From Phoronis australis (Eukaryota; Animalia; Phoronida), in contig NMRA01000475.1 in assembly GCA_002633005.1 (NCBI GenBank), positions 124,001-188,000 of the forward strand: a DNA stretch of 64,000 bases, read 5' to 3'. The notes under the pieces were generated by a model. That model did no database searches and had not been told where the DNA came from. It saw only the letters and a program-made list of their open reading frames with translations. Position 1 is the first letter of the stretch, and the number at the start of each line of letters is the position of its first letter. Below are positions 1 through 12,800 of the stretch, one piece after another. Made by a program: the position numbers and the translations under genes.

Positions 1-262
1 TTAACTCATAGTGCCATTTCTATAACAAGACATTTTCCACTAGTTATAATCAGACGCCTAATTCATGAAAATAGACTCAAGACAAATTTAACTCATAGTG
101 CCATTTCTAAGACAGACAAGACATTTTCCACTAGTTATAATCAGAGGCCTAATTCATGAAAATAGACTCAAGACAAATTTAACTCATAGTGCCATTTCTA
201 TGACAAGACATTTTCCACTAGTTATAATCAGACGCCTAATTCATGAAAATAGACTGAAGACA
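1..262. repeat. Tandem repeat, ~88-91 bp unit, ~3 copies
   Basis: ttaactcatagtgccatttcta...aatagactcaagacaaat recurs at 1, 88 and 179. Confidence 0.9.
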
Positions 263-414
263 GAAATTTGGTCTTAAGCTACACACAACTGTTTCTGAAA
301 AGCGATTAAATCTCTCTTTAGTAAAAATATGAAATCTCCAAGGATATATCCACTACTTCTGGTAACAATGATAACTCCTGACCAGATTATAGCCACCAGA
401 TTATGGCCACATAT

Positions 415-572
415 TACTGATAATAAGCTGGACTAAAAAATATTCAAGTTTTACCAAGGTCTGGGTCATGTATGACTAATAATCTGGACTTATATTCAAG
501 TTTTACCAAGGTCTGCGTCACGTATGACTGATAATAAGCTGTACTTATATTCAAGTTTTACCAAAGTCTGGG
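415..572. repeat. Tandem repeat, ~57 bp unit, ~2.7 copies
   Basis: tattcaagttttaccaaggtctg and its flanks occur three times. Confidence 0.75.
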
Positions 573-837
573 TTCACTTCATAACAGTGACTCAATAATT
601 AAAACTTACAACAGAAAGTTAGTCTTACACTCCCACGTCGCAACTGCTGAATAGCCAAGTAATTTTGAGAGCACCACAGTCTAAAAATACTAGAAATTAT
701 TTCAACAACTAGTAGTTATGTGTATATTCTCAGAGACTTTGGACTTTTGCACAAGTGTGATTTACTTAATTTTCAGAAACAGTAGTGTGAAGCATAGGAC
801 CAAATTTTTATCTTAAGTCTTTTAAGTGACTTCTCAC

Positions 838-3800
838 CTTGTTGCGTGCGATCTCATACAGTGATAGGTCCACATTGATCTCCTTCCCAGCTGCTGGGGC
901 TTGTTCTATGGTGAATATCTGGTGAGGTTGAATGGCACTGAAATATTAGAGTGACATAAAACAGTACACAAACTTTTGAGTTAGCTCAAAAATTGAGTCA
1001 ACATTTAACAAAATTAAAGAGTTTCTTTGGCTTACCTGAACTGGGCGTGCACAGGGTCACACTCTGTTCGCGTGAAACACATCACTTCGAGTTTAGCACT
1101 GAAACAGAGACCATGCTCACAAATTACTTCAAAACAGGTAACTTAAGGAGTCCAGTCGACAGATTGTGTTTTAAAAGACCAGAAAGCTGTATATCTTCAA
1201 AAAAATTTCAAATAAAAGTCATATATAATGACTTAGCAATAGTGTTACTTTCAACATTTCCAAAAAGTTGGTCAGTTAAACAATAGACAAGTAGTCACCT
1301 ATTGTTCGCTGTTACTTATAGGTTATTGGTTTCACAACACATGTGTAATTCAGGGCTTGGAATGACCGATGACAAAAAACGCGGAAACTTTTACGGCCCA
1401 AATCATGCCAGATAACCAGCCTTTGAAATGGTCAATGTGAACCTTTCCGCGACAAAAATCGGGAGGACTAAAAAAAAACGTTACCACCATCAGTAGCATG
1501 CGTCTGCGTCCTTTTCGCTCGCCCGTCCACTCTCAACCCACACAATTTTGGCTGCAGAGCGGTAGTATTTGTCGCCGCGCTTAACAATAACACGAGCCGC
1601 CATTGAAAATCACACCACGCTTTACCCAGATGCCCCGGCAATGTTGACAATTTACGTTCCTCCAAAACATAAAGAGCAACTTCCGCTTTCCGAGGTGAAC
1701 GTCGTCTGCAACGCCGCGGTAAGAAAGGAATTTGCCGCGGAAATTTCATATCAAATCCGATTTTTTTACGCGGAAATATTATAAAAAAGCGGAAAGCACA
1801 TTTCAAAAAAGCGGAAATCCGCGTTTCTGCGGAAAATTCCAAGCCCTGGTAATTCCCACTTCCCGAATTTAAATCTCTTTTTTGCTGAGGCAGAAAAACG
1901 TATTGTAAAATTCACCTAGTCTATAACAGACAGAGCCACTAACAGTCAAGGCAGACATGTGGAAAACGATTTCTCTTTCCCCACTCAGGTCACGCCCACC
2001 CATGATAGAAACATGTCTGCGCAAACTTTTACAAATATCCACCAAGGGGTTAAGTACATGCAGTGCCAGACACTGGACGGAGATGATTGGACTATTCGTC
2101 CACATAATCACGATAACTACAATGAAGCCAATGTCAGCATCAGAAACACTTAATTGGAATTAAAATGACGAACGATGAACCAATTTTGATGCAGTGGGAC
2201 AAGTGTCCCATTGACATGCGCTATTGAGGGCAAATAACGTAAAACAAGAGAGGGCTCTAGTGGTACTTTGGGAGGAGGCTGTTGTCTTGGGACAATGAAA
2301 ATTGATTTGGTTTCTATACCGAGAGAGATAATTCAGTGGATGTATAAGTATCCAATTTCTAAATACCCTGTAGCAGCAAGGATGATGAGGTTAGCCCGTT
2401 CTTTCTCACTGGACATGGGTGACCATGGCCACGCCTCTTCACTCGCTGTTGGCCACCAGGCCAGGATCAGGTTCTGATTGATGTTACACGACAGGTGGCG
2501 CTCCAGTCGACGCCCAGTGGGGCCAGGAAGCTCCACCTGGCTGAACTGTGAGAAGTAATGTGAAAGAGTGTCATTAGATGCTACATTCCAAAAACTGCCG
2601 TAACAGTGAGAATCTCAAATTAAAAATAAACAACAAAAATGCAAGTAGGAAACTTCAAAGATGTTAATGTTTGTAACAACAACGCAGAAGGAAGAAGCGG
2701 GCTAAAAAATACATCAACCATTTCCCATAATGCCGTGGAGCAAGCGCAGCTTCACAGCATGATTCTTAGTGTAACAAACCCATTAACTGATTCATTTTTG
2801 AGAAAATGTTAGAAAATTAAAAATATTTATTTGCACACTTACCTTAGGTTCAAATGCTGATAGTTTCTCGAACTTTTTTAAGTTTTCCATCGAAGATATT
2901 TTTTTGCTAAAGCAGACATAATCCAGTCTGGCCTTTTCTGGGACAGAGGCAACAATGAATGAATCAGTCACTACAGCTGAAAAATGTCATCAAATATTCC
3001 ATGTGACCATATATGCTAACAAGACTTGAGTCTCAAATTTCAACTTAAATTGCTTACTGTAAGTGTTTTTTATCATAAAATATGACAATCTCTTACAACT
3101 CAGACTATGTAAAATGTCCCAATTTTCCAGAATTCATTGTGTAAATAAATAAACAATTGTCACTGTTTCGCGTCATGTCACAAAATAAACATACCACTGT
3201 CAAACTGGATCAAAAATCGTCAAAATTTTTCTTTTATACATTTCAGCCTTTAGTTAATTCTTTAACGTGAGTGATTGCATCAAATATTTAAGTTTCACGT
3301 TTCAAGTCCCTACTTGAGAAATAGTTCTCAATGGATTTTCTCAAATACACTATTCATATTTTCTAGCACTTATTAAAAAACACGAAGTACACACGGCATT
3401 TTCTCACAACAACACTTTATACTGCCTCATCTATCATACTGTGACTAAAATCGCACAAGTTCTTACCATGAAGTAGAGATTCTGCAGAGAACTTGTTGAG
3501 TAGAGACTTATCTATGAACATTTTATGGATGTCACCAGAGAAGGGAGAATGAACAAATGACAGACAGGTCCCATTGGCCAGCAGCACCTAAAATACAAGA
3601 AAAAACACCGCTTGACATGTGAATTACACTTTGAAATTAATTGTTAGGTTACAGACCTGGTGAATCTTGATCTTTCTAAACTCCTTGGGAGCATAATGAG
3701 TGCAACCATTGTCACTGCAAACTAATTTAATATTCAAATGCACAATTTTTGGAAAAGTTTAAAATGCGAAAATACCCCCGTGGTAAACCGAATGGGAAAA

Positions 3801-5561
3801 AATCCAAGAACTGCTAAAATTTTGATTCTGTTCTTATTTGCGGGTCCAAATCGCGTCATACTAGTAGGAGACAGGTCATCAATACACATCAGTATTGCCA
3901 CCACATAATACCATCACCATAACATGTGTGCAAAGTACCTGGAATGTCCTCTGAGCCCGCCAAGCACAGTAGACACATCTATGTGTGGACAAGATCTCCT
4001 CTGATTCCTTGAGTAAGTCACGAATCTTGTCTGGTCGGCGGTTCTTTGGCGTCCAGCTCACATCACGACCTGAAAGATGGCAGTTTTCCAAGGTTTAAGG
4101 AACATGAGGGTTGGGCCAAACACGTTTTTCAAAACATTAAAGAATATTTTTTGAAAAGTTATGGGTGGAAGTTTACCCAAATGGTCACAGAAATACAGCC
4201 ACCCCAGCTTCTACACAGGCAAGAGTAAAATAAACATAGTATGAAAGTAGACATCTGTACTCCTTGGTAAATACATGTTAAGGAATTGTGTACCATGTTT
4301 TCAGCGCTAAAATTCTTTGCCTTATAGCATTCAACAAGGCACATGGGCTGTTGAGCAACTTAATCCCAGCTACGTTAAATTAGGGTTGGGCATTCGCAGT
4401 GAAGATTTTAAAAATTCAGGGACAGGCATTTATAGAGCTCTCGCTCATATTCTGAGAGGGTAATTTTTTGTTGAGAAGTTTCCCACCCATCAAAACCAAT
4501 CCGCACCCTCCCCTGGTCACCACTCCTCACTGGCAATGCCACAAGTAGCCAAAGGTAACATTCTGCAGCAGTGATTCTAACCTTGAGGGGAGATTTTCAA
4601 TCATTTTGGCCTGATGAAGGGAATTTTGCATCATTTTCAAATAGTTTTCATAGGAGAATAGGGACGATATCGAGGAATATATTATTTTAAACATAACCCT
4701 GACAAATACATTTATGGTTGCATCTCACCAATTTAGGACAATATGGCGTATAGGTGAAATTTTATCTTCTAATTTATTTAATAAATGATATTCAGTACCA
4801 GAGTTACACTTTGACACCTCTAAGTTCTATACCACGGGTACCAACAGAAAATGTATTTGAAAAATTGTGGGCATTCACAGCAACATTAGGAGCCCTGGAA
4901 AAATAAAAAAGCGTACTTTTGGCAATCATTTTGGGTCCGAAACTGGTGATATTTTACCGAACTACCACTTTGTATCTTTCAGTAGCAACTGAAACATACT
5001 TTCTGTATAGTGCATCTTTTCTTCATAATAAGGCTGGTCAGAGTTGGACACAGTCTCTCCCTTGTCATGGTATGTGTGACAACCAATGTCATGATCTGAA
5101 ATTAATTGAAAGCATTCAAAGCAAGCAGAAACAATGACAACAGCACTTTTAAACCACTTGAATCAGAGCTGACAAGATTGAAACAACACGAGACTGTTCA
5201 ACTACTACAAATTCAGACACCGCACCACAAGAATACATCAGTCAGAATGAAAGTACTTTTATTCACAATAAACCAATTGCAGTATTTGAGCAGTAAAATT
5301 GTCCGTCCACAATAACACTCCCAACAGAATGCCACTAATTGTGATAATTTCTTGAACCTGTGCCCCGTAAGTCCTCCATGAACCTGAACTAATCATTACG
5401 GACTGCGAACAACACAAGGAGAACATTACCAACTGTAACAAGAATCTGAAACTGGATAAAAAGCCAGGATTACTTCATTAACAATCGTAATTTCAATTAC
5501 CAGAGATAATAGTTTGATTCTTGAGGGTCCAGATAAACAACTCTCCCATACAAGACACCAT
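838..5561 (-). CDS. WDPCP: WD repeat-containing planar cell polarity effector (fritz homolog), 5' part; the gene continues beyond the left edge
   Basis: Phase-consistent GT-AG exons at 5501-5561, 5000-5095, 3939-4069, 3467-3587, 2843-2976, 2367-2545, 1036-1098 and 838-937. They give MVSCMGELFIWTLKN..HDIGCHTYHDK..WTPKNRRPDKIRD..ERHLSCN..WWPTASEEAWPWSPMSSEKERANL..RTECDP..QPHQIFTIE..YEIARNK, matching the WDPCP N-terminal sequence as I recall it. Confidence 0.9.
1351..1848. mobile_element. Non-autonomous DNA transposon (MITE), 13-bp TIRs, 6-bp TSD
   Basis: TIRs CAGGGCTTGGAAT ... ATTCCAAGCCCTG, flanked by GTAATT on both sides (1345-1350 and 1849-1854). The interior is CpG-rich with gcggaaa subrepeats. 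Confidence 0.85.
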
Positions 5562-6850
5562 GGTTACTGACAGTAGATCTTAGCTTGAATCACTCCATGT
5601 CTCAGTTATTGACCCTGTAATACATTACACAGACAACAGGGTAATTGAAAGTGAGTATGAGAAGAATCTCTCGCATGGGAGTAGGAGACTAAAGTGTTAC
5701 CAATAAACCAACTAGTGACTAAGGTGCCCAGTGTACGTACATGAAATTGTGAATGAAGATTTGATATAAATACACTACAGGGTCACATGACGAAAAAACT
5801 TGTGATTCTTTCATGGCCATAAAAACATGGTTGTCAATGGACGATTTCTAACATGAGGCCAAGTGAATTGCACTGGTTACTTTAACGTAATACAAGAGTA
5901 AAACGATTGAATAGCAATTACACAAATGATAGATAAATCTGAAAATTCTGAAGAAATTCTTCGTTCTCAGCATATTTTCACTCAAAAGTTATTGCCAACT
6001 GTCGGAGTCTCCAGAGACCTTACACTGGTCACTGTCAGTGAACAATGCTTGTGGCAAGGGCCGCTCAGAGACCAATAGGGGCTATTTGGGCTTGTGATCA
6101 TTGACTGATTGAGATTGACTTCATGTTCAAGTGACTGACTGATGCATGGGTTTGAGAGTTAGACTCAGACAAAGTTTGAGAGACCATTTAACCCAGGCTT
6201 CAAAGATCTAAATAAAAAGCGAAGTCAGAAGTCAATCTTTCCATCTGCCTTGTAACAGGCGTGACATCAATTAGGTCACCTGCAATACATATAACTTCAA
6301 ATGAACCGCTGAACTCCAACACCACTCCATTAAACCTCCCAATACCAAAATATCGGCCAATGTTTTGACTGCTGTAACGCTCGCTTGGTGTCGCTGCGAA
6401 AAGTCTTCACAATGTTTTATCTTTATATTCATATGATTATTTTCAAGCCTATAACAGCAATATATCATCTCAAATGCATTGCAATTTAAATAAAATACCA
6501 TTTTAAAAAATATTTGTGGATTTAATTGCAAAAAGATTACAAAAGAAAATAAATAACAAAATGATGTTTTAACGTATCGAAATTAATATTTTACTACGCA
6601 TTATTTTACGTATAATTATGAGCGTTTACACTAAATCTAAGCACACATTTCTAGTTTGAAAATACTTAAATATTGTCATAAGAAAAGATTTGTCAGCAAA
6701 TAAATGATATTTTCGTAACGTTCTAGAACGTTTTTCCGCGTATGTATAAGTAGGTCAACCAGTAAAGCGTTCTCTGACCTTCAGCATTCACAAAGCCGGT
6801 CACCTTGACGCAGTCCTCCACGACCTCACGACAAGAAAACTCCCCACAAA

Positions 6851-9800
6851 ATGGTAAAGTAGTCGGTCAACTGGTCTTAGAATATTGCTGGTTAGCACGT
6901 TGAACCAGTGCTCGTATTTTGTTACCTTGACATTCTCTGAAAGTAAAAGAGTGCATAACTTCGTTGTTCGTGACGTCGGTAACGACTAACGAAACTGACC
7001 AATTTGACCGTCTGATTCTGAATCGGAATGACTTTTGAGTAGGCTACCGTAGGTTATGAAATGTGTTGGCTCGTCCTGTCACCACTTGATTGTTGTAGTT
7101 ATCTGCTCATTCCATCCATAATTTTTGCTCCTCATCCCAAATTTTCGACGGGTCTGTCCTCTATGTAGGCCTGGTAATTTAACGGGAGTGCCCCACATTT
7201 TGAGTCATTTTTTGTCGTTTAGCTAATAATGTTCTTCACTTCTTGTAAGCTTTGCTAGGCAATGACCACCAGCTTTGCATGATTTCAGCTGTGGAGCCCT
7301 CAACAGCGCAGCCCTCAATTATTTTGATGTCATGTTGACAATATTTTTTTGTACTGTAGGACATGTAGGTAGACAATCAGTTAAAGATTTTTAAGCATTT
7401 CAGTAATTCTGTGTTTCAATTTGCCGGCATGCATATGCATGATTTGTTGGCCCAGTTCAGACAGTAAGAATACTGTCTAGATCGAATGCAATTGGTTCAA
7501 CATTGCCTGCCCTTGTGGCAGGATTGTTGGTCTTCATGGTAACTTGCCAATTAACGCTGAGCGCTGGCTTCAACTTTTGAGTGAAAATACTGAACAGTCA
7601 AATGCTAAACAAATTCAAACTTACCTGTCAATTAACTTTGTTCCTTGAACCTTTACTCGAGCAATTTACTTGGCCACATGTTATAAATCGACTGTTTACA
7701 ACCATATTTTCTTACAGCCAAGATCACATTTTTTGGTCGAGTGATTAATAATTTGAATATGTGGACAAAAAATGAAAGGGAGATAGTTGCAGTTTTGGCT
7801 ATGTAATTACATCCTGTCGTCACAGTAACTATTTCCGTATTACTTTATTTTATCAATCTAAAAGTAAAGCGGCTCGGGAACAGTTCCATTAAAGGTCATC
7901 AGCTGATATCCACAGTTGTATTATCTCCCTTTTATTTTTGTCCTAATTATGCAAGTCACCTGACGAAAAAAGTTGTTACCTTGGCTATAAGAAAATGGAC
8001 GATTTTTAATGTGGTCAAAAAGGACAAAGTTCATTAACAGGTAAGTCTGATCTTGTTGAGCTTTCTTGTTTTCAACCAGCACCTGGAGATCAGGCCTTTA
8101 TGCAGGGTAGGTCCATTTGGATGCCTTAGCACTAATATCAAGGCTCTGGCAAGGACACCCAATGTATCATTTAGACGCCCACTGTCAATAGGAACCTTTC
8201 AAGTTTGGACTCACACATTGTAATGATTACTAGGAAGCCTCTGAAGGCTCAGTGGGGGCTCTTTTTTCAAAGCAGGAAGAAATATACAATGCATATACAA
8301 AGTATATGCATTGTTGCTATTTTGACACTTGATTGACAGCATTGTAAAAGTCTTGGTCTACACCATTTTTTTATTAAAATGCTCACTACAGAAAGCTGTT
8401 TTGTAAACTTAGATGTAAAAACCTTGGTCTATGCATTTTTTGTAAAAAANACGTTTTTCCGCGTATGTATAAGTAGGTCAACCAGTAAAGCGTTCTCTGA
8501 CCTTCAGCATTCACAAAGCCGGTCACCTTGACGCAGTCCTCCACGACCTCACGACAAGAAAACTCCCCACAAAATGGTAAAGTAGTCGGTCAACTGGTCT
8601 TAGAATATTTCTAGTTAGCACGTTTAACCAGTGCTCGTATTTTGTTACCTTGACATTCTCTGAAAGTAAAAGAGTGCATAACTTCGTTGTTCGTGACGTC
8701 GGTAACGACTGAACTGACCAATTTCACCGTCTGATTCTGAATCGGAATGGCTTTTGAGTAGGCTACCGTGGCGTAGGTTATGAAATGTGTTGGCTCGTCC
8801 TGTCACCACGTGATTATTGTAGTTATCTGTTCATTCCATCCATAATTTTTGCTCCTCATCCCAAATTTTCGACGGATCTGCCCTCTATGTAGGCCTATCA
8901 CTTAACCTGGTAACCTAACAGGAGTGCCCCACACTTTTCATATTTTTGTCATTTAACTGATAATGTTCTTGTAAGCATGATTTCAGCTGTGCAGCTCTCA
9001 ACAGCGCAGCCCTCAATTATTTTGATGTCATGTTGGCAACATTTTTTTGTACTGTAGGACGTGTAGGTAGACAATAAAGATTTTTAAACATTTCAGTAAT
9101 TCTGTGTTTCGATTTGCCGGCATGCATATGCATGATTTGTTGGCCCAGTTCAGACAGTAAGGATAATGTTTAGATCGAATGCAAGTGGTTCAATATTGCC
9201 TGCCCTTGTGGATTGTTGGTCCTCATGGTAACTTGCCAACAGATCATTGATGCTGAGAGCTGGCTTCAACTTTTGAGTGAAAATACTGAACAGTCAAATG
9301 CTAAACAAATTCAAACTTAGTTGTCAATTAACTAAATTTGTTCGTTGAACTTTTTCTCGAGCAATTTACTTGGCCACATGTTATAAATCGACCGTTTACA
9401 GCCACACAACATTTTTTGGTCGAGTGATTTATAATTTGAATATTTAGGACAAAAAATGAAAGGGAGATAGTTGCAGTTTTGGCTATGTAATTACATCCTG
9501 TCGTCACAGTAACTATTTCCGTATTACTTTATTTTATCAATCTAAAAGTAAAGTGGCTCGCGAACAGTTCCATTACAGGTCATCAGCTGACATCCACAGT
9601 TGATGTATTATCTCCCTTTTATTTTTTGTGTCTTAATTATGCAAGTCACCTGACCAAAAAAGTTGTTACCTTGGCTGTAAGAAAATAGACGATTTTTAAC
9701 GTGGTCAAAAAGGACAAAGTTCATTAACAGGTAAATCTGATCTTGTTGAGCTTTCTTGTTTTCAAAAGTTATCACCAGCACCTGGGCCCTGTTGCATAAA

Positions 9801-12800
9801 AGTTATACGCCGTATAGCAACAATGACGTCGCATTATCACGCATCACGTTGTTATTGTTGAACAATGCACCTGACGTAATGCAACAAACAAACTTATCCA
9901 GCAGATAACTTTTGAAGCTTTATGCAACTCAGCCCTGGAGATTAAGTATGCGTACAAGTCTGCAGTCCTCACTTGTGTGGTAATTGTCCTGCTCCACGCA
10001 AAAAGCTTAGATCAGTGTTTGTGATAAGAATTAAGGATGTCAGCGGTTCTTGTACAAATCTTTTGACAAAGCACACGGTGCTGCGAAATGGGCTGAGTTT
10101 CTAATCACTTAAAAGTTCCTTATCTACTCGGATGAAATTGATACCAGGGAATGTTTGTGTTCAGAATTGTCTAGAACATCAACTAATTATATGTGTTTTT
10201 CAACGGATTTTGTATGTTACATTTCAGTCTTTGCCTCCCCTCAGAGTTCTAGTCACCGGTGCTGCTGGCCAGATTGGGTATTCGCTGCTGTTTTCGGTTG
10301 CCAAGGGAGATGTCTTCGGCAAAGACCGGGTAATTATTAGATTATAAATTATTTAGGTTTTCTCTCTTGTACCTTTTTCAACATTTCGTTGTCTATGGTT
10401 AGGCTGTGCACGTTTGGGATTGACTGGTAAAAATTGGTGTTAGGTACTAAAATTGTTGTATTTCAGCTTTATAATACTGTTAATATCATACAAGTTCACC
10501 CTGGTCCATACATATAGGTGCTGACCAGCAGGTTTACTCATGGACCACTAATCTTACAATGTAAAATCTTTTTCACGGATTAAGGTATAATCAACATGGT
10601 GTGTTTTGTCTGAGATAATGTGCTTATGCTTGTTAGGCAATTTAAATGTGATTGGCTATGTGGATTGTTTTAATTCATCAGTTTTTTCAAGGCGGTAAAG
10701 TTTTCAGGATTGATCACATAATGGATTGGAGTGTAGATCAGTTTTTGGGATGTTGACAGCATGAGCATAGTAACCAACTGGCAGGTCAATGACAGGTTCA
10801 GTGATCTGGTGTGGTGTTGTGGTGAGGCACTGGAGATGGCCTGAGAAAAACTTGTAATTTGTTTGTGATTCCAGGAAATTACCCTTGTTCTGTTGGATAT
10901 TACACCCATGCTGGGTATCCTAGAAGGAGTGGTCATGGAGCTGAATGACTGTGATCTTCCTAAACTTGGAAGTGAGTAATTTGAACATTGCTTAGCGCTT
11001 AATGTCAGTACTTCTTCCTGGTGATTGATAAACCTTAAGGTTTAGTTTTTATGCGTCCACATATAAATATGTGGGCGCATTATGCCGTCATCTCCGTCTG
11101 CCCGTCCGTCCGTCCGGGCGGCGTCCGCTGCTCTATCTCCAAAACCCTTTGACATACATTCATAAAATTTGGTACTTATGTTCCATTCATGAATGGGACG
11201 GCATGAGCGAACTTTCGGACGGATCCGAGTACCGGTGTGCCCCCTAGTGGCAATTTTAGTTTTTTACGCTTACCTTTGTTTCTTCGAAAGTCGTGAACGG
11301 ATTTTTATGAAATTGGTATGGAGGCACCTGCTAGTGAGATGATGCTATCCAATTTTTGGATGGATTCGGCGTAGTTTGTGCCACCTAGTGGCCATTTTAA
11401 CTGTTTTCGAGTCTATTTTGTTGCGTCCACCCCTCTATCAACTAAACCGCTCAAAGGATGATTGTGAAAATTGGCATGTATGTGCTTACTATGAAGAGGA
11501 TGGTTGACAACGATTTTCTGACGATTTCGACTACTGTGGCGCCTCCTAGTGGCAGTTTTTTTTTTGCGCCTATGGCTGTATTTCCTAAACCGTTAGCAGG
11601 ATCTTTACGAAATTTAGTAAGTACATTTATATGATGTTAACAACAGACGACGACGACTTTTGGACAGATCAGACTACCGGTGTGCCCCCTAGTGGCAATT
11701 TTATTTTTTACGTTTTCCTTTGTATCTTCAAAAGTCCTTAATGGATTTTCATGAAATTTAATATGTAGGCACCTTTTAGTTAGATGACGCTATCCTCCCG
11801 TTTTCGGATGGATTCGACGTAGTTTGCTCCACCTAGTGGCCATTCTTACTGTTTTCGATTCTGTTTTTTTGCGTCCACCCCTCTATCAACCAAACCGCTC
11901 AAAGGATGATTGTTAAAATTGGCATGTATGTGCTTAATATAAAGAGGACAGTTGATGTTGAATTTCCAACGATTTTTACCACTGTGGCGCTTCCTTGTGG
12001 CAGTTTTGTTTTTGTTGCGCCTATGGCTGTATCTCCTAAACCGTTCGCAGGATCTTTACTTAATTTAGCAAGAGTATTTATATGATGTTGACTACGGATA
12101 AAAAAAAATTTTAAACATAGGCATCTATTGGTGTGATGATGCTATCTTTCTGTTTTTGGATGGAATTGAGGTATTTTGCGCAACCTAGTGGCCATTTTTG
12201 CTGTTTTCAAATCTTGTCTTTGGTGTCCACCCCTGTATCAACCAAATCATTTGAAAATTGGCATATATGTTCTCAGTGTGAAGACGACCTTTGATTATGG
12301 TGACTGACTACTGTGGCGCCTCCTAGTGGTAGTTTTGTTTTGCGCCCATAGTTGTATCTCCTAAACCCACGGCATGATCTTTACTAAATTTAGTAAGTGT
12401 ATTTATATGAAGATAACAACAGACGACGACGACGAATTTCAGGCAGATCCAACGGACACTGTGCCCACTAGTGGCAATTTCATTTTATTCTGTTTTCCTT
12501 TGTTTCTCTGACATTCCTTGACAGATGTTTATGAAATATGGCATGTTCCTGTTTTTGGATGGATTATATGTTTTTGCGCCATCTGGTGGCCATATTTATG
12601 ATACAAATAAATAACCCTAAAAGCACACCATTTGCAATGAGTTTGTGGGTGCATTTTAATGCTCCGCGTTGCTCTTGTTAGTCATTTCTGGGCATATTTG
12701 AACACTGTGGTTGAGATATCCATGAAACATTTTTTCAATCCACAGCCTGTTGCATGAAAGTTGCTAATGACAGAAATTTGGTCTTGCCGTTCCTCTTCAA

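Noticed and set aside
628-680. Exon-like segment (ag...gtaag on minus) as the next WDPCP exon
   Set aside because: Its translation does not resemble the WDPCP sequence expected after YEIARNK, so I left it uncalled.
6728-9941. Two alternative MDH1 promoters or first exons
   Set aside because: The second copy begins right after an N and is colinear with the first, so an assembly artefact is more likely.
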